From Euryarchaeota archaeon UBA202 (GTDB lineage: Archaea > Thermoplasmatota > E2 > UBA202): a DNA stretch of 63,832 bases. The position numbers and the translations under genes are program-made. Location of the stretch: positions 1,213 to 65,044 of the forward strand of contig DAQA01000008.1 of the NCBI GenBank assembly GCA_002502685.1. The letters run 5' to 3'. A model generated the notes under the pieces. The model ran no database searches. It saw only the letters and a program-made list of their open reading frames with translations, and was not told where the DNA came from. This document shows positions 8,018-17,108 of this stretch, one piece after another; positions within the stretch are counted from its first letter, which is position 1; every line of letters starts with the position of its first letter.

Positions 8018-9832
8018 CTAAATGATTTGCATGAGGAGATCACCATTTTTTACTGCTTCTCCTTCTTTAACAAAAATTTCTTTTATCTCTCCTCCTTTTT
8101 CTGCCAGTATCTCCTGTTCCATCTTCATTGCTTCAATTGTCATGAGGACATCACCTTTTTCTATCGCCTCTCCTTTCTTCACATTGATTTTAAGAATTGT
8201 CCCCTGCATCGTTGACTTAATCCCCCCCTCTATCTTTGTGGGTGCCTGCGAGGTAACACCCATGCCGCTATCGACAGCAAAACCCACAGGGGTAACCTTG
8301 ACTTCAAAAGGTTCTCCATTGACTTCTACATCAAACTCGGTTGGAATTGCAGGGCGCGCCTGTCTTTTTCCAGGCTCAACAGTCTCTATCCACACCTGTT
8401 TATGTTCCGGAAACATTGATTTGACCATTTCACGGGTCAGTCTATGTGTCACGGGTAAGGGCAATTCATCTGATGTGAATTCAGCAGTGGCTTCATCCTT
8501 TAGAAATTTTAATCCTACTTGGGGATAGAGTACATATGTCATAACGTCCTCTTCTTTTTTGATAAGGGAAGCATCAATTTCTTCTAATTCCTTCTTTCTT
8601 GTGTCCCAAAGAGGCTCTATCAAATCCGCAGGACGGCATTCGATTACTTGCTCCTTATAGTTGTTTCCTAAAACCATCTTCATAATATCTTTTTTAATGG
8701 GTGCTGGGGGTTTTCCATACATTCCCCGGCAATAATCCTTTGTTTCTTTTGGGATTACCTTATAGCGGCCATGGAGGACATTCATTACCGCTTGCACCCC
8801 GACCACTTGGCTTGTGGGGGTCACAAGAGGTGGATATCCTAGTTCTTTGCGTACCCAGGCTGTTTCCGCTAATATCTGGTTATATTTCTCACCTGCTCCT
8901 TGTTCCTCAAGTTGAAATATTAAATTAGATAACATACCTCCCGGGATTTGATGCACAGCTACTGAAGGATCTACCTTGAGAGCATTGATACGATGAAGAT
9001 GCCGATATTTTTCCCATACCTCAAGGAAATATTTTCTAATGTCAATAAGCAGTTCAATATCATAATGAGTATCCCATTCCGAATCTCTAAGTGCGGCCAC
9101 AACAGATTCTGTAGGAGGAGCCGCGGTTCCACCTGATATAGGAGAGATAGAGGTATCTAAACTGTCGACTTCTGCCTGGCATGCACGCATATAGGACATG
9201 CCTGTCATGCCTGAAGTACTATGGGTATGCAGATTAATGGGGATTTTAATCCCTGCGTCCTTGCAGCCTTTGATTATATCATAGGCTCTCACTGGAGATA
9301 TCATGCCTGCCATGTCTTTGATGCACAATGAGTCACAACCCATTTTTTCTAGTTTCTGGAATTGCTCCACATATCGCTCAACGGTGTGTACTGGGCTGAT
9401 AGTATAGCACAGTGAACCCTGTGCATGTCCTCCTACTTTCTTTACTGATTTTATGGGTACCTCCATATTTCGTAGATCATTGAGGGCATCAAATATCCTA
9501 AAATAATCACATCCATTTTTTTTTGCAAGGTAAATAAATTTTTTTACTACATCATCTGGATAATTACGGTAGGCCACAATGTTCATTGCTCTTTCGAGCA
9601 TTTGCATGGGAGTATTAGGCATAGCTTTTTTTAATGCCCTGAGTCGTTCCCATGGATCTTCGTTAAGGTATCGAATAGGTACGTCAAAGGTTGCCCCTCC
9701 CCATACTTCGAGAGAAAAATAACCCACTTGGTCTAATTTTTCAGCAATGGGTAACATATCCTCGGTTCTCATTCTGGTGGCCAACAGGGATTGATGCCCA
9801 TCTCTTAGAGCTAATTCAGTTATCTTTACCAT
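8018..9832 (-). CDS. pycB: Pyruvate carboxylase subunit B (carboxyltransferase plus C-terminal biotinyl domain)
   Basis: The N-terminus is of the HMGL/oxaloacetate decarboxylase-alpha type (ITELALRDGHQSL, LEVWGGATFD). The C-terminal biotinylation motif EAMKME is present. Confidence 0.85.
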   Translation of the reverse strand: MVKITELALRDGHQSLLATRMRTEDMLPIAEKLDQVGYFSLEVWGGATFDVPIRYLNEDPWERLRALKKAMPNTPMQMLERAMNIVAYRNYPDDVVKKFIYLAKKNGCDYFRIFDALNDLRNMEVPIKSVKKVGGHAQGSLCYTISPVHTVERYVEQFQKLEKMGCDSLCIKDMAGMISPVRAYDIIKGCKDAGIKIPINLHTHSTSGMTGMSYMRACQAEVDSLDTSISPISGGTAAPPTESVVAALRDSEWDTHYDIELLIDIRKYFLEVWEKYRHLHRINALKVDPSVAVHQIPGGMLSNLIFQLEEQGAGEKYNQILAETAWVRKELGYPPLVTPTSQVVGVQAVMNVLHGRYKVIPKETKDYCRGMYGKPPAPIKKDIMKMVLGNNYKEQVIECRPADLIEPLWDTRKKELEEIDASLIKKEEDVMTYVLYPQVGLKFLKDEATAEFTSDELPLPVTHRLTREMVKSMFPEHKQVWIETVEPGKRQARPAIPTEFDVEVNGEPFEVKVTPVGFAVDSGMGVTSQAPTKIEGGIKSTMQGTILKINVKKGEAIEKGDVLMTIEAMKMEQEILAEKGGEIKEIFVKEGEAVKNGDLLMQII

Positions 9833-9879
9833 TCACAACCCCTTCCATTGCTGTTTTCATCGGCAGAATTGTTTTTCCC

Positions 9880-9887
9880 TATTTAAA
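9880..9887 (-). promoter_or_regulatory. Consensus-like TATA box (TTTAAATA on the minus strand) for the pycB-pycA-cupin-birA operon
   Basis: The box ends 47 nt upstream of the pycB ATG. A purine-rich GGAAGGGG stretch lies 7 nt before the ATG and is a possible Shine-Dalgarno site. Confidence 0.5.
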
Positions 9888-9945
9888 GGCATCGTACTAG
9901 GCATCATTTCGCAATTCCTCCATCACCCGTGTTGATTTTTATTTA

Positions 9946-10356
9946 TCAGAGAACATTGTTTATTTCTTGTTTAAACAATAACCATAAGATTAGAAGGATG
10001 ATAGAGATTATGGTGCCAATGGGGAAGGCCAATAGTCCAATGATAGGAGGGATTATACCCCATCTTCTTACCCAGGTTTTCCTGGTCCATAATCCCCAGG
10101 CTACCAAGAAATAGAAGATACCGACTATTATTATGATTATCCCCAGACCCTTAATTATGCCCAATCCAGCTGCCATTAAATATATCGGTCCGGTGAGAAT
10201 GTTAATAAATCCCGCAAGGGTATATAATATCGCCAAAACCAGAATTGACATTGGTTGTCTATCCATGTATAAAAAAGAATAAATTATCGTATTTAAACCC
10301 AATGTTATTTTTTGTATCATCATCCAACTTTTACACAAAAGACTATAAGAATGCAT
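9946..10356 (-). CDS. Small integral membrane protein, function unknown
   Basis: The 136-aa ORF has about four hydrophobic helices. I recognise no family. Confidence 0.4.
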   Translation of the reverse strand: MHSYSLLCKSWMMIQKITLGLNTIIYSFLYMDRQPMSILVLAILYTLAGFINILTGPIYLMAAGLGIIKGLGIIIIIVGIFYFLVAWGLWTRKTWVRRWGIIPPIIGLLAFPIGTIISIILLILWLLFKQEINNVL

Positions 10357-10379
10357 TGCATTGATTTTTTGGTGTAAAT

Positions 10380-10601
10380 ATGGTTAAAATAGAAATAAAC
10401 CTCGAAGGTGAAACAGTACAAGATATTATCAAGGAATTAGGAATCATCTTGGAATCCAACAAGCCGCTGGTCAAAGATATCCTTGAAACCTTGGCTCTTC
10501 AGGCCCTGGATGTACTCAATGAGAAAAAGATATTACGCCGGGGAGCTGACCTTTATGTCAATATTACAAGGAATATCAATTGGAAATATCATAAGGAATA
10601 A
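10380..10601 (+). CDS. Hypothetical small protein (73 aa)
   Basis: This is an ATG-initiated ORF with non-repetitive composition. I recognise no motif. Confidence 0.3.
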   Translation: MVKIEINLEGETVQDIIKELGIILESNKPLVKDILETLALQALDVLNEKKILRRGADLYVNITRNINWKYHKE

Positions 10602-10663
10602 TTAGCTATTTGTTGCCATTATCTAAAACGAGAAAATCATTCCTTTTTCTTTACTCCCCCTCA

Positions 10664-10682
10664 TTTTTTTTGTTTTTTTTTT
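10664..10682 (+). terminator. Double oligo-T tract (T8 G T10); candidate terminator
   Basis: It lies about 60 nt downstream of the 10380-10601 ORF, on the sense strand. Confidence 0.3.
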
Positions 10683-10916
10683 GCTATCTATGTCAATACG
10701 TTTAATAAGTGTAAGGACAGCAATAAAAAAAAAGCTTCCTTCCGTCACCTTGAGATAAATGGGGGGCCCTTATTTTGTATTATGGTTCTTTACCAATTCT
10801 GATCCTACACGAAAAGATATGTACTTTTTTGAGGCCATTATTTATTTTTTTTATGATTTGTATTTTTGTAGATAAGAAATATTTATTATAACTATCCTTA
10901 TACTCTTGCTGAATCA

Positions 10917-12068
10917 ATGAACGTTGAAAAGATTACTTTTGATGATAAAGAAATCATACTTGTGGGAGTGGCCCACATTGGCACAAGAAGCAGTGAGTTA
11001 GTCAATTCAGTGATCACCCAAGAGAAACCCGATATTATCGGGATTGAATTAGATCCACAACGATATGAACAATTGCAGTCTGAAAAAAAATGGAAAGAAA
11101 CAGATATTCTCAAAGTCGTTAGGGAAGGTAAAGCATATTTGCTTCTCCTCAGCATACTTCTGTCCAATATCCAAAGGAGATATGGTGATAGTACAGGTAT
11201 TCGCCCAGGGATGGAGATGATGGAAGCAGTAATATTAGCAAAACAAAAACAAATCCCTATCGAGCTGCTGGACCGTGATATAAAAATTACCCTTAAACGA
11301 GCGTTATCCGAGGCAGGCATTTGGGAAAAAATTAAACTGTTTTTCTCCGTTATCATGGGTATTTTTTCAGAAGAATATGAATTAACAGAGGAAGATATTG
11401 ATTCTTTGACACAAAAGGATGTTATGAGTGAACTTCTCACTGAGCTTAGTGATCATTTACCCTCTCTTTCAAAGGCAATCATCCATGAAAGAGATTTGTA
11501 TATCGCCAATAAAATTCTTCAGGCTAATGGAAAAAAAATTGTTGCTGTTGTAGGAGCCGGTCATGTTGAAGGCATTAAAAAATATCTTGATAAAAAAAGA
11601 TCTATTTCCCATCTTTTGACCCTGCCTGCCAAGCGTGGATATTTTAGATATCTAAAATATTTGGTACCGGCCTCCTTTGTCATTATTCTCCTCTATGGCC
11701 TTTACCTCAAAGGCTTTGAAACTGTACTAGATATCCTGTTTCTCTGGATTATTATCAATGGAGGATTATCTGCATTGGGTGCATTATTGGCCTTGGGTCA
11801 TCCTTTTTCCATATTAACCGCATTTCTAGCTGCCCCCTTAACATCTCTTCACCCCGCTTTTGCAGCCGGATGGTTTGCAGGACTAGTAGAAACTAAGGTT
11901 AGAACCCCACAGGTGAAGGATTTTGAGGCGCTCGCCCGCTTGGATTCATTACGAGATTTCTTTAAAAATCCTGTGACTCATGCCCTCCTCGTGGTAGCCT
12001 TTGCTAATATTGGGTCAGTTATTGGTACCGTGATAGCGTTACCCTATATAGTTTCATTACTTGGATAA
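10917..12068 (+). CDS. TraB/PrgY/GumN-family protein with a C-terminal membrane domain
   Basis: TraB-family motifs are present: ILVGVAHIGTRSSELV, IIGIELDPQRY, VAVVGAGHVEGIKKYL. They are followed by about four TM helices. Confidence 0.7.
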   Translation: MNVEKITFDDKEIILVGVAHIGTRSSELVNSVITQEKPDIIGIELDPQRYEQLQSEKKWKETDILKVVREGKAYLLLLSILLSNIQRRYGDSTGIRPGMEMMEAVILAKQKQIPIELLDRDIKITLKRALSEAGIWEKIKLFFSVIMGIFSEEYELTEEDIDSLTQKDVMSELLTELSDHLPSLSKAIIHERDLYIANKILQANGKKIVAVVGAGHVEGIKKYLDKKRSISHLLTLPAKRGYFRYLKYLVPASFVIILLYGLYLKGFETVLDILFLWIIINGGLSALGALLALGHPFSILTAFLAAPLTSLHPAFAAGWFAGLVETKVRTPQVKDFEALARLDSLRDFFKNPVTHALLVVAFANIGSVIGTVIALPYIVSLLG

Positions 12069-12085
12069 GTCGTATCCTTCTTTAC

Positions 12086-12517
12086 TTATTGAGAAGAAAT
12101 ATTTTCTGCTAGCTCTTTATGTGCTTTTTCCAACAGATTTTTACTATTTTGAAAGGTTAATTTTTTCTTTGCATCCGCGTAGGGAAGCCATGCATAATCT
12201 TTGTGTTCATAAGATAATTTTATGTGATATTGTTGTGTTTTTGCTAGAAAAAAAATTACTTGTTTGGATATTGTTTTTCCAGCTTTGTTATATACGTAGG
12301 ATATTGTCTCTTTGAAATTAGGTACAAATGACAATTCACCTTTATTAATACCGGTTTCCTCTTGTGTTTCCCGAACTGCCGCATCTTTTTCTTTTTCACT
12401 TTTTTCAATCTTTCCTTTCACAAAACCCCAATGGCCATAATCGTATTTTAGTAATAAATAATCTCTTTCTTTATCGCCGCAATATATGATAACACCACAA
12501 GATTTTTCATGAAGCAT
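12086..12517 (-). CDS. Nudix hydrolase (Ap4A-hydrolase-like)
   Basis: The Nudix box is GKIEKSEKEKDAAVRETQEETGI. The ATG at 12515-12517 lies 2 nt after the upstream stop codon. The ORF track starts at an overlapping TTG at 12523. Confidence 0.8.
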   Translation of the reverse strand: MLHEKSCGVIIYCGDKERDYLLLKYDYGHWGFVKGKIEKSEKEKDAAVRETQEETGINKGELSFVPNFKETISYVYNKAGKTISKQVIFFLAKTQQYHIKLSYEHKDYAWLPYADAKKKLTFQNSKNLLEKAHKELAENISSQ

Positions 12518-12519
12518 TG

Positions 12520-14073
12520 TCAACGCTTAATTTTTTCTGTTGAGCCAGTAGCAAATACTAAATCTTGAAGTACATCATGGTAATTTTGAGATTGTGCATT
12601 AAGCAACTTTTTTGCATACCCTTGTAGATGTTCACCCAATTCTTTTTCTACAGGTGAGTATTTCCAACTCATGTCTTGTCCTTGGTCCATGGCGAACAAA
12701 AAGGCGTATGCCACGGATTTTTCTTTTGTATTATTGCCGACACTGGATATAATTTTTACAGCTTCTTTTTTCCCCAGGGTTTTATATCCCCGGGCAATAG
12801 TATCCGCTAAATTAGCAAGAGGAGGTAAGTTTTCATAACGAGGGAGATTTGATAATATCTCTTGTTTTTCTGCCTTCTTCACTGCTTTCTCTAGCATTTC
12901 TGAGGGAAGAGCATTCATCTTCAAAATTTTTTTTACTTGCGCATCATCCTGTACTAATTTCCTCAGGATTCCTTCCCTATACTCCCCCCAGTATTTCTCT
13001 AAGATTTTATTTGGGGTGGTTCTGGGAATGACGAGGGGGGTTGTAATTTTATTCAGTATATAGTTTAATCCCAATTTTTCCCATTTTGTGGGATTCAGAT
13101 CCTCTATAAATCTATTAATATTATCTCCATAACACTTGTCATCCATGATAATAATTTTTTCATCTAATTTTTCAATCTCTTTTTTACGCTCATTTCTATA
13201 ATATTCAATGAATGCCTTGTCCGACATCTTTCCCTCGATATAGTGCCGTGTATCAATTTTTTCATCCATCCGCTCTTTAATTTTACATGTAGGACATTTG
13301 CTTAAACAATCAATTTCTTGAGAGATAACTTCCACCTGAAACTCGTCATCTGGGGAATAGAAATATTGTTTTATTCGTGTGAGAGTATTCTCCTGAGAGC
13401 ATTCTTTACAAAGACCAATAATTTTTTTTCCCGATGTCCATTCTATCCTAATGTAGGGCTGTTGTGTTGTCTTTTTTTCCTCCACTATTTTTTTATTTAA
13501 ATGTTTACATGTATAATCATTGTTTAAACCCAGCTTTTTGCTTACATACTGTAGAAATTCCTCTGGAGGGTTGGCTTCATTTCCCGTACAAAACATTGTA
13601 TCGTTCGAGGAATAGATATGTAACCCTTTTTTTACCGCTTTTTCTCCTACACTGAGGAGGCGCAATCGAGAATCAGTAAAATGTTGTACTCCAATTAATT
13701 TCTCCCAGTTTGCATCTCCTCTTTTTGCATAGGGAATAGTGCCGTTGGGTAGCTTAGCTACAGCGAGGTAAGGAGCTTTTTGAGAGTGTGCAATAAGTAA
13801 TGTTCCTGCGATAGCGGAGATGAGATTATCGCCTTTGGTATATCTCATAATTTTTTTTTCATCATTTTTTATTGAACGGATTTTTTCAATTTCTCTAAAT
13901 TCTTTTTTGAAATAACATTTACCGAATATCCCTTTACAATTTGGATTCAGGCACGTTGGGAGAGCCACTGATGGGTCTTCAAGAATTTTTTTTGCATTTT
14001 GTACAATCTGTTTCTCTTGAGTTTTTGTTGCCGATCGTATTCCTGTGCGGTATTTCCGAGGTTTTTTCGCCAT
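12520..14073 (-). CDS. Uncharacterised Cys-rich 517-aa protein
   Basis: This is a long, non-repetitive ORF with a basic N-terminus and Cys clusters (CLNPNCKGIFGKC, CKEC, CLSKCPTC). There is no P-loop and I recognise no family. Confidence 0.6.
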   Translation of the reverse strand: MAKKPRKYRTGIRSATKTQEKQIVQNAKKILEDPSVALPTCLNPNCKGIFGKCYFKKEFREIEKIRSIKNDEKKIMRYTKGDNLISAIAGTLLIAHSQKAPYLAVAKLPNGTIPYAKRGDANWEKLIGVQHFTDSRLRLLSVGEKAVKKGLHIYSSNDTMFCTGNEANPPEEFLQYVSKKLGLNNDYTCKHLNKKIVEEKKTTQQPYIRIEWTSGKKIIGLCKECSQENTLTRIKQYFYSPDDEFQVEVISQEIDCLSKCPTCKIKERMDEKIDTRHYIEGKMSDKAFIEYYRNERKKEIEKLDEKIIIMDDKCYGDNINRFIEDLNPTKWEKLGLNYILNKITTPLVIPRTTPNKILEKYWGEYREGILRKLVQDDAQVKKILKMNALPSEMLEKAVKKAEKQEILSNLPRYENLPPLANLADTIARGYKTLGKKEAVKIISSVGNNTKEKSVAYAFLFAMDQGQDMSWKYSPVEKELGEHLQGYAKKLLNAQSQNYHDVLQDLVFATGSTEKIKR

Positions 14074-14132
14074 TTTTTTTTATATAATATATCATTGGGT
14101 TAAAAGATTTTCATTTGGTTAATCTTTTTTAA

Positions 14133-14247
14133 TGCAGGGAGAGGGATTTGAACCCTCGAACTCCTTCGAGACAGGATATCCTTTCAAACCCTTATTCTCG
14201 ATCAGATCTTAAGTCCTGCGCCGTTGGCCAAGCTTGGCTATCCCTGC
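14133..14247 (-). tRNA. tRNA-Leu (anticodon UAA) with a 30-nt intron at about 14178-14207
   Basis: The reverse complement folds as acceptor GCAGGGA/TCCCTGC, anticodon stem CAGGA/TCCTG, loop CUUAAGA, a long variable arm, T arm GAGGG-TTCAAAT-CCCTC and discriminator A. The intron sits after position 37. No CCA is encoded. Confidence 0.85.
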
Positions 14248-14444
14248 TTCTATCATTCAACCGCTCCAGATACAAAAATGTTTCTGGATATTATTTATTA
14301 CTATAATTTATCTACCATATATCTATTTTTTTTGTACAAGGATATGTCTATTAGCTAAATGATCTGCTGGGCTATAGTCATTATCCATTATTGACCAGGG
14401 ATAATCTTATATTTCTTATATTGTCTCTGACGGTTTTTATTATC

Positions 14445-15302
14445 CTAGTTTACATACAATATTGAATTTTTAGTTTTTTCTGCAATTTTCAACCGTGGGT
14501 TTCTACAATAAAATCCTAAAATTCTCCGTTTTTTTTGCTCTCGTCCAATAATGATAAGATTAGCTTTTATTTTTTTTTCCCGTTCCCTTATTAATTTTTC
14601 TAAACTGCCTATCACCACATCCGTTTTTACACCTTTTTTTTCCATGTTTTCCATGAACTTATTTCCTTCTTTAACAAGTGTTTGTATGTTTTTTTTTCCT
14701 GATCTTCTCAAATTTTTATCCACCACTATTCTGTCTGTTGTATCGATGACATACATCATTGATAGTTCTGCATTATGGCTTTTAGCCAGGGCCATACTTA
14801 TTTCTGGAACTTTTTCATTGGGGGCTAGATTGGTACACACAGCCAATATTTTCTTTAGTTTTTCATTTGATTCAATCCAAATGGGTATATCAAGTTCCTG
14901 AAACAATCGGTAACTCAAAAGACAGCTTCTCTTAAAACCCATGATAATGAGATTACTTTTCTCTTTTTCTGTTTCACGTTTGATAATCTCAGAAAATTCT
15001 CCACGTACTATCTTTTTTTTGGCATTCATTCCCTTTTTTTTCAATATCTCCTCGAATTTTTTTAGGACCATTTCCCCGGAGCGCGCCCCATGATTTTCAC
15101 TTATGTTTTTTTTTATCTTTTCTCTTTCTTGGTATGTCTGCACCCCGTCAGCTACTTTATCCATTGTTTCTAATACCTTTTCTTCAATGATATATAACAG
15201 TTTTACCTCACTGTTAAATTTTTCAGCTAATTGGGCTGCTCTTTTAACGGGTCCCTCTGACATAAATTCTGAAGAAATCGCAATTAAAATTTTGGTAAAC
15301 AT
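14445..15302 (-). CDS. Universal stress protein, tandem-Usp architecture
   Basis: There are two Usp-like halves, each beginning KILIA/KILAV and ending NLIIMG/NLIIIG. Confidence 0.65.
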   Translation of the reverse strand: MFTKILIAISSEFMSEGPVKRAAQLAEKFNSEVKLLYIIEEKVLETMDKVADGVQTYQEREKIKKNISENHGARSGEMVLKKFEEILKKKGMNAKKKIVRGEFSEIIKRETEKEKSNLIIMGFKRSCLLSYRLFQELDIPIWIESNEKLKKILAVCTNLAPNEKVPEISMALAKSHNAELSMMYVIDTTDRIVVDKNLRRSGKKNIQTLVKEGNKFMENMEKKGVKTDVVIGSLEKLIREREKKIKANLIIIGREQKKRRILGFYCRNPRLKIAEKTKNSILYVN

Positions 15303-15414
15303 TTATTCACCTTAAAGAATCACCTCTTTTGATTTTATCTCTTCATAATCGACCATATCCACAAGACAAGCGAGTAATAGACAGGTTTCCTTTATAAATT
15401 TTTTTAGCATAGTC

Positions 15415-16692
15415 TTACATCCCAAGTATACCTTTCCAGTAGCCTATAGCAATTATCCATATAATTACAATACATGCTATATTGGCCATTAATCCAGCAC
15501 GGGCAAGATCCCGTGTGGAAAAATAACCCGATGTATAGGTTATTGCATTTCCCGGTGTGGCGATGACCAACATAAAAGCTAGACCGCTGCTTAAAGCAAT
15601 TATCATTGACGCCAGTACAACACTCACCTCTGCAATCTTGCTTGCTAAACCTATCCCGATGGGAAGAAGCATAGCCACGGCACCAGTATTACTCATCATT
15701 TCGGTAAGATAAATTGATAAGATTATTAGCCCCAATATTATTATGTAGGGGTGCTCCCCCAAAGCATTCAGTACCACATCTGCTATCCATCGTGCAGCAC
15801 CAGTTTTTTCCATCCCTAAACCCAGTGTTATAGCTCCTCCATATAACAAAATGATCCCCCACGGAAGACGTTGTTTAACATCCTTCCATGTGATAGTTCC
15901 TGTCACAAAAAGAAGAATGGCACCAGCAATTGCTATGATAGCCACGCCAATGTCTTGAGAAAAAAATATCCACAAAAACATGTTAAAAGAAAGGATGATG
16001 ATTGTTGTTTTTTCTCTTACACCCATCTTTCCTAGATTTTTTAATTGTACATTAATCTCCTTTTTAGCATTTCTAAGATCCTTTACTTCAATGGGAAAAA
16101 AAATTTGTAATATCAACCATACAACAGGGAGAGAAATAAATACCACAGGCATTGCATAAACCATCCAGTCAAAAAAACTTACCGAAATCCCATGGTTTTC
16201 CAGAATCCCAATAGTAAGAGGGTTTCTTGCCCCTCCAATAAGTGTCCCCAAACTCCCTATTGAGCACCTGTATGCAATGGACAACATACATACTTTGCCG
16301 AAGTTACTCTTCCCGGGAAGAAGCTTCATGCCTGTCAATATCGAAAGACCAATGGGTAAAAATAATGCTGCTACTGCATGCTCGGGGATAATAAAAGACA
16401 GAAAGGCACAACAAATCATTAGGCCAAAGGTAAAAATTTTAGGGTTTCCTTCAAAAATTTTGAGAAAATTAAATGCTATTCTCCGGTGGAATCCATGTTT
16501 TTCCACAGCGGCCGCAATCATGAATGCTCCAATGAGGAAGAATACTGCCTCATTGCCAAATGCAGAGAACACCTCCCTATATTTGACAATATGCAAAAGA
16601 GATTGGAGGGCCATAACTAAAAGACCTGTCACAGCCAGGGGCAGCGCTTCTGTGCTCCATAGGATGGCTGCCATTAAAAATACCCCAATCAT
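15415..16692 (-). CDS. DASS/SLC13 (ArsB/NhaD-superfamily) anion transporter; the N-terminus is probably incomplete as called
   Basis: The protein is polytopic, with WSTEALPLAVTGLL and a C-terminal repeat typical of DASS permeases. The frame stays open for 31 further codons upstream and encodes a TM helix but contains no start codon. Confidence 0.65.
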   Translation of the reverse strand: MIGVFLMAAILWSTEALPLAVTGLLVMALQSLLHIVKYREVFSAFGNEAVFFLIGAFMIAAAVEKHGFHRRIAFNFLKIFEGNPKIFTFGLMICCAFLSFIIPEHAVAALFLPIGLSILTGMKLLPGKSNFGKVCMLSIAYRCSIGSLGTLIGGARNPLTIGILENHGISVSFFDWMVYAMPVVFISLPVVWLILQIFFPIEVKDLRNAKKEINVQLKNLGKMGVREKTTIIILSFNMFLWIFFSQDIGVAIIAIAGAILLFVTGTITWKDVKQRLPWGIILLYGGAITLGLGMEKTGAARWIADVVLNALGEHPYIIILGLIILSIYLTEMMSNTGAVAMLLPIGIGLASKIAEVSVVLASMIIALSSGLAFMLVIATPGNAITYTSGYFSTRDLARAGLMANIACIVIIWIIAIGYWKGILGM

Positions 16693-17108
16693 GACTTGTC
16701 CGTTATATGTTAGTCCCTGGGGCGTAGGTAAAAATATCGCCAGTATTAAAATTAAGAAAGCTAAAAGTAGAAGGCCATTTTTTTTTTATTAATGTATGGC
16801 CAGTATTTATTTTCACTCCAGTTTTTTTTTTGGGGCCAAGGCATGTATCTTCCTATTGTTTTATCAGTTTTTCAAGACAGTTTTTTTAAGAAGCTGATAT
16901 GCTTGAGTTTTTTATATAATACTTTTCTTTTTCCTCCTGTTCATGGATGATCATGCCTCACTAGCTTTTTTCTAAAACATGTCCTTTTAAAAAATTGTGT
17001 TTAAGCTTTCAAAATCAGGAAAATCTTTTACCAAAATAACCAGTGCATTAATCTTCTATTTTTTAGTTGCCAATATCCTGGTTATCACATCGTATTTCTA
17101 TTGTATTT

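Noticed and set aside
8022-8528. 168-aa plus-strand ORF inside pycB
   Set aside because: It is antisense to a strongly supported gene. The composition is low-complexity and Ser/Phe/Ile-rich, typical of a shadow ORF.
10898-11440. 180-aa minus-strand ORF overlapping the traB 5' half
   Set aside because: It is antisense to a gene with clear family motifs. The peptide is Ser/Ile-rich and low-complexity, so it is a shadow ORF.
12061-12315. 84-aa plus-strand ORF overlapping the Nudix gene
   Set aside because: It is antisense to a gene with a canonical Nudix box and has hydrophobic low-complexity composition.
16277-16792. 171-aa plus-strand ORF over the DASS transporter gene
   Set aside because: It is antisense to a polytopic transporter gene and has no motifs, so it is a shadow ORF.
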